Positions 60,960 to 64,000 of a stretch of 64,000 nt of DNA are shown one piece after another (position 1 is the stretch's first letter; every line of letters starts with the position of its first letter). A program made the position numbers and the translations under genes. The notes beneath the pieces are model-generated. The model was given only the letters and a program-made list of their open reading frames with translations. It ran no database searches and had not been told where the DNA came from. Origin of the DNA: Candidatus Heimdallarchaeum endolithica (GTDB lineage Archaea > Asgardarchaeota > Heimdallarchaeia > Heimdallarchaeales > Heimdallarchaeaceae); NCBI GenBank assembly GCA_021513715.1, contig CP084167.1, positions 1,632,001 to 1,696,000 of the forward strand. Reading direction: 5' to 3'.

Positions 60960-62165
60960 GTGACAGATATAACCAAAATTGAACGAGTTGCAAAGTTGTT
61001 AAAGAGAGAAAGAAAATTGCGCTTGGCAAGATTAAATGATGTGTATATGAAACCCATCGAAGGACCGACTGATCGTCTTGTGACCAGTGAAAAAAAAGAT
61101 TATATAATGTTAGGAAGTTATTCATATCTAGGTTTAATTAATCATCCTGAAATCAAAAAAGCTGCAAAAGAAGCGATTGACAAGTATGGAACAGGAGCTG
61201 GAGGAGTAAGATTACTTACAGGAACACTAGATTTACACAAAAAACTTGAAAAAAAAATAGCAGAATTCAAAAATACAGAAGATGCTGTTGTATATTCAAG
61301 CGGTTATGTTACTAATGAAGCTATTTTATCTAGTATTTTCAGTAAAGGAGATCTTATTGTCATTGATCGTTTTGCTCACGCGAGTATTTATAGTGGATGT
61401 ATCCTATCAAAAGCAGAATGGACAAGATTTCAACATAATGATATGGAAGATTTGGAAAGGATATTGAAAGAGAATAGAGAAAAATACAACAATATTGTTA
61501 TTGCAGTTGATGGTGTTTATTCTATGGATGGAGACGTAGCCAATATGCCAGAGATTATTGAATTAGCTAAAAAATATGATGCTTTTACAATGGTTGATGA
61601 AGCTCATGCTATAGGCGTTTTAGGTGAAACAGGGAAAGGTGTCGAAGAATATTTTGGGTTAAAAAAGGATGATATAGACATCAAAATGGGAACACTAAGC
61701 AAGACTATCCCATCAGTTGGAGGTTATATTGCTGGAAAAAAGGAACTAATGACTTTCTTAAGATACAGTTCTAATCCATTTATATTCTCTGCAGCTTTAC
61801 CCCCACCTAGTGCTGCAGCAGCTTTAAAAGCTTTTGAAATAATTGAAAATGAACCAGAGAGAGTTAAAAACGTTCAAAACAAAGCTAAAGAATTTATTAA
61901 AGGAGTAAAAGAACTTGGATTTGATACGTTAAGGAGTAAGGACACTGCAATAATCCCAGTAATTATAGGAACAGAAGTGAAAACTTTTCGTTTTGCGAAT
62001 AAAATGGAAAAACAAGGGATTATTGTTCCTCCAGTTGTCTATCCTGCTGTTCCTCGTGATGGAGGAAGATTGAGATGTTGTGTTATGGCAACACATACTG
62101 ATGAAGATATGGATAGGATATTGAAAGCTTTTGAAAAAGTAGGTAAAGAATTACAAATAATTTAA
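60960..62165 (+). CDS. PLP-dependent alpha-oxoamine synthase (BioF/Kbl/SPT family)
   Basis: SYLGL, SSGY..N, HAS, DGVYSMDGD, DEAH, GTLSK. Confidence 0.9.
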   Translation: MTDITKIERVAKLLKRERKLRLARLNDVYMKPIEGPTDRLVTSEKKDYIMLGSYSYLGLINHPEIKKAAKEAIDKYGTGAGGVRLLTGTLDLHKKLEKKIAEFKNTEDAVVYSSGYVTNEAILSSIFSKGDLIVIDRFAHASIYSGCILSKAEWTRFQHNDMEDLERILKENREKYNNIVIAVDGVYSMDGDVANMPEIIELAKKYDAFTMVDEAHAIGVLGETGKGVEEYFGLKKDDIDIKMGTLSKTIPSVGGYIAGKKELMTFLRYSSNPFIFSAALPPPSAAAALKAFEIIENEPERVKNVQNKAKEFIKGVKELGFDTLRSKDTAIIPVIIGTEVKTFRFANKMEKQGIIVPPVVYPAVPRDGGRLRCCVMATHTDEDMDRILKAFEKVGKELQII

Positions 62166-62168
62166 ATC

Positions 62169-62420
62169 TCAACTTTTTCTTTTTTTTAGCAAAGAATTTA
62201 AGGTTTATAAAAAAGAAGAAAATTTGATTGGTTTTTTAAGAATTGCGTCAATTTTTACTATTGACACTTCAGACTTAATTGTGTTAGGTAGAACGCATAA
62301 CTAAAGTTATTTTTTATTTATAACCCTCATTCCATTGACTGCTTCTACTCCTGTGATAGCTGACATTAAATATTCAACATTGCAATATCTGGATTAAACT
62401 TTTTAAATAATTTAACACAT
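62169..62420 (-). pseudogene. Degraded response-regulator receiver domain
   Basis: Reads across frameshifts and stops as KKFNPDIAMLNI/MSAITGVEAVNGMRVINK/TLVMRS/NTIKSEVSIVKIDAILKKPIKF; matches the PD...D..MP..G and KP pattern. Confidence 0.6.
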
Positions 62421-62628
62421 AAAGTTACACAATAAGACTGATAAACCAGAAAATATTTGCTCACACAAATTTCGACAATTTAATTATGTATTATTCAAAG
62501 AAAATATCCAATTTGATGAACCTTTTTCAATTCACTTTTTGTTTTTCTCATACTTTAAACCAGAAAGTTATTATTTTAAATTTGTTAAAGATCAAATTTT
62601 AACTCATATTTTTATTTTAAAGTATTTG

Positions 62629-62829
62629 ATGACAAAAGAAAAGATTAGAGAGATACAAGAACACACAGAACTTAACCATAAACGCATTGTTTTGCTTGTA
62701 GATACTATTAGAAACAATTTAGCCACAATTCAATTAGCTTCTCTTCAGTGTGATAAAATAAGTGAAACAAGTATCTCTGATTCTATCACGCCTATTATTG
62801 AATTTGTAGATTATATTGAAAAAAGCTGA
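62629..62829 (+). CDS. Small protein resembling an isolated HisKA-like dimerisation hairpin
   Basis: LLVDTIRNNLATI resembles an H-box-like IRNPL motif without the His; may be a remnant. Confidence 0.4.
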   Translation: MTKEKIREIQEHTELNHKRIVLLVDTIRNNLATIQLASLQCDKISETSISDSITPIIEFVDYIEKS

Positions 62830-62862
62830 AAAAAATTAAAAAACTTGAAAAGACAATTAAAT

Positions 62863-63729
62863 TTACAAAAAAAGTGATCGTAATTTGTAAATGATATTGG
62901 AAATTGAAAGAACTCTTTTTCTACACAGAGTTGCTTTTTTTGTAAAAAGGTTAACGTAAGCAAAATATCCATTTACTAGAGGCCCAGGATTAATAAGAAT
63001 TGTGCTTTTCTCAATTTGAATAGTACTTACTTCATGAACATGCCCACAAAAAACAAAGTCAAACAACGACGTTTCGAAAATAAGAGAGGCAATTTCCTTG
63101 TTTCCGGCATGGTAGTTTCTCATAGGAATTAAATCAACATGTGTATTCTTGGGGGGTTCATGAAAAAGGCCAATAAACAATTTTCTTTTGTTCTTTTCTT
63201 TAAGGAAAAGAGCTTGCTCTTTTAATTCTAACAAATCTTTTCTTATGGTGCTTATTTCTCTAACTGTCGGTGTTTGAATGGAGGAATATTCAGCTTTTTG
63301 ACAATATCCATACCCTAGCACTAATAAATTTTCATGCTCTACAATTTTTGATTCAATAAAAATTAAATTCGAACTTTCCTTGGTTTGCTGTTTAATATAA
63401 GTAATAACTTCAGGAGTATCAGTATTTCCATGTGTGAAAAATATTGGTTTATTTAACGCTCTAAAAAAGTCCAAGATTTTCTTTGTTGAACGTAATTGAA
63501 ATTCAACAAATTCGCTGTATTTTTTTCCAAATACAAGTTCCATATATTTTTCTCGACTAATTTTTTTATATTTGATAATTGATTGAAAGATAAGAGGGAT
63601 ATAAATAGTCCCTGCTATGTCTCCTGCAACAAAAATCACATCAACCTCTTCTAACTTTTTTTTTAATTTTCTTAATAGTTTCAATGAACCATGAATGTCT
63701 GCTAGAACAATAGCTTTCAATTTACTCAC
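62863..63729 (-). CDS. Calcineurin-like metallophosphoesterase
   Basis: ADIHG, AGD, GNTD, HEPP, CGHVHE, NPG. Confidence 0.9.
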   Translation of the reverse strand: MSKLKAIVLADIHGSLKLLRKLKKKLEEVDVIFVAGDIAGTIYIPLIFQSIIKYKKISREKYMELVFGKKYSEFVEFQLRSTKKILDFFRALNKPIFFTHGNTDTPEVITYIKQQTKESSNLIFIESKIVEHENLLVLGYGYCQKAEYSSIQTPTVREISTIRKDLLELKEQALFLKEKNKRKLFIGLFHEPPKNTHVDLIPMRNYHAGNKEIASLIFETSLFDFVFCGHVHEVSTIQIEKSTILINPGPLVNGYFAYVNLFTKKATLCRKRVLSISNIIYKLRSLFL

Positions 63730-64000
63730 CAGAAATAGAGAGTAACTCTTTTTCTATATTTTTTAGTAGATTTCCAGCTTTTACTTGTTCAATAACCCAA
63801 TAGACGTCATCATCATATCTTCTATCGTCTGCAATAGGTGGTATTTTTTTTCTAATATAATCATATATCTCTTTATTCACTGGTGAAAGATCTCTTTCAC
63901 CTCGAAACTCTAAAGCTTGACAGGCAGTAAAAATTTCTATTGCTATCATCTGCAAAACTATTTCTCTTATTTTGTAAGCTTTTTTACTCGAAGTTAACCC
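63722..64000 (-). CDS. hutH: Histidine ammonia-lyase, C-terminal fragment running off the window
   Basis: Frame open to the edge: GLTSSKKAYKIREIVLQMIAIEIFTACQALEFR...IRKKIPPIADDR. Confidence 0.8.
   Translation of the reverse strand, partial: GLTSSKKAYKIREIVLQMIAIEIFTACQALEFRGERDLSPVNKEIYDYIRKKIPPIADDRRYDDDVYWVIEQVKAGNLLKNIEKELLSISGE

Noticed and set aside
1832-61467. Many short antisense or overlapping ORFs in the track (e.g. 2766-3095, 19357-19761, 32059-32472, 33384-33812, 47338-47754, 48833-49045, 51599-51874)
   Set aside because: Shadows of well-supported genes; no recognisable motifs
1-64000. tRNA, rRNA, CRISPR array, integrase or transposase genes
   Set aside because: No cloverleaf, long GC-rich RNA tract, repeat-spacer array or recombinase ORF recognised by eye

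Overview
AT-rich archaeal chromosome segment. The gene content (longin-like and V4R proteins, archease/RtcB, PurP pair, surface proteins with C-terminal TM+basic tails) suggests an Asgard archaeon, probably Heimdallarchaeia; this is inference. The left half is a purine/one-carbon supercluster: a pur operon with PurB-PurM and PurC-PurS fusions, a divergent HTH-PRTase regulator, two purP paralogues, guaA, a Nox/CoADR-type flavoprotein and gcvT-H-PA-PB, with hutU in between and a partial hutH at the far end. A palindrome TTGCA-N6-TGCAA recurs in the pur-associated intergenic regions and is a candidate operator. The right half holds a secreted caspase-like protease divergent from an FG-GAP propeller membrane protein, an intein-containing rtcB and a plastic region (48-56.3 kb). 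That region has two copies of a 110-bp MITE with 6-bp TSDs, a frameshifted and circularly permuted family-5 solute-binding protein, and several pseudogenes. It also has a ~375-bp non-coding insertion that splits a surface-protein gene and carries symmetric ends and a GC-rich multi-hairpin core, a candidate RNA-bearing non-autonomous element. No rRNA, tRNA or CRISPR array was recognised. All calls are by eye; no database searches were run.
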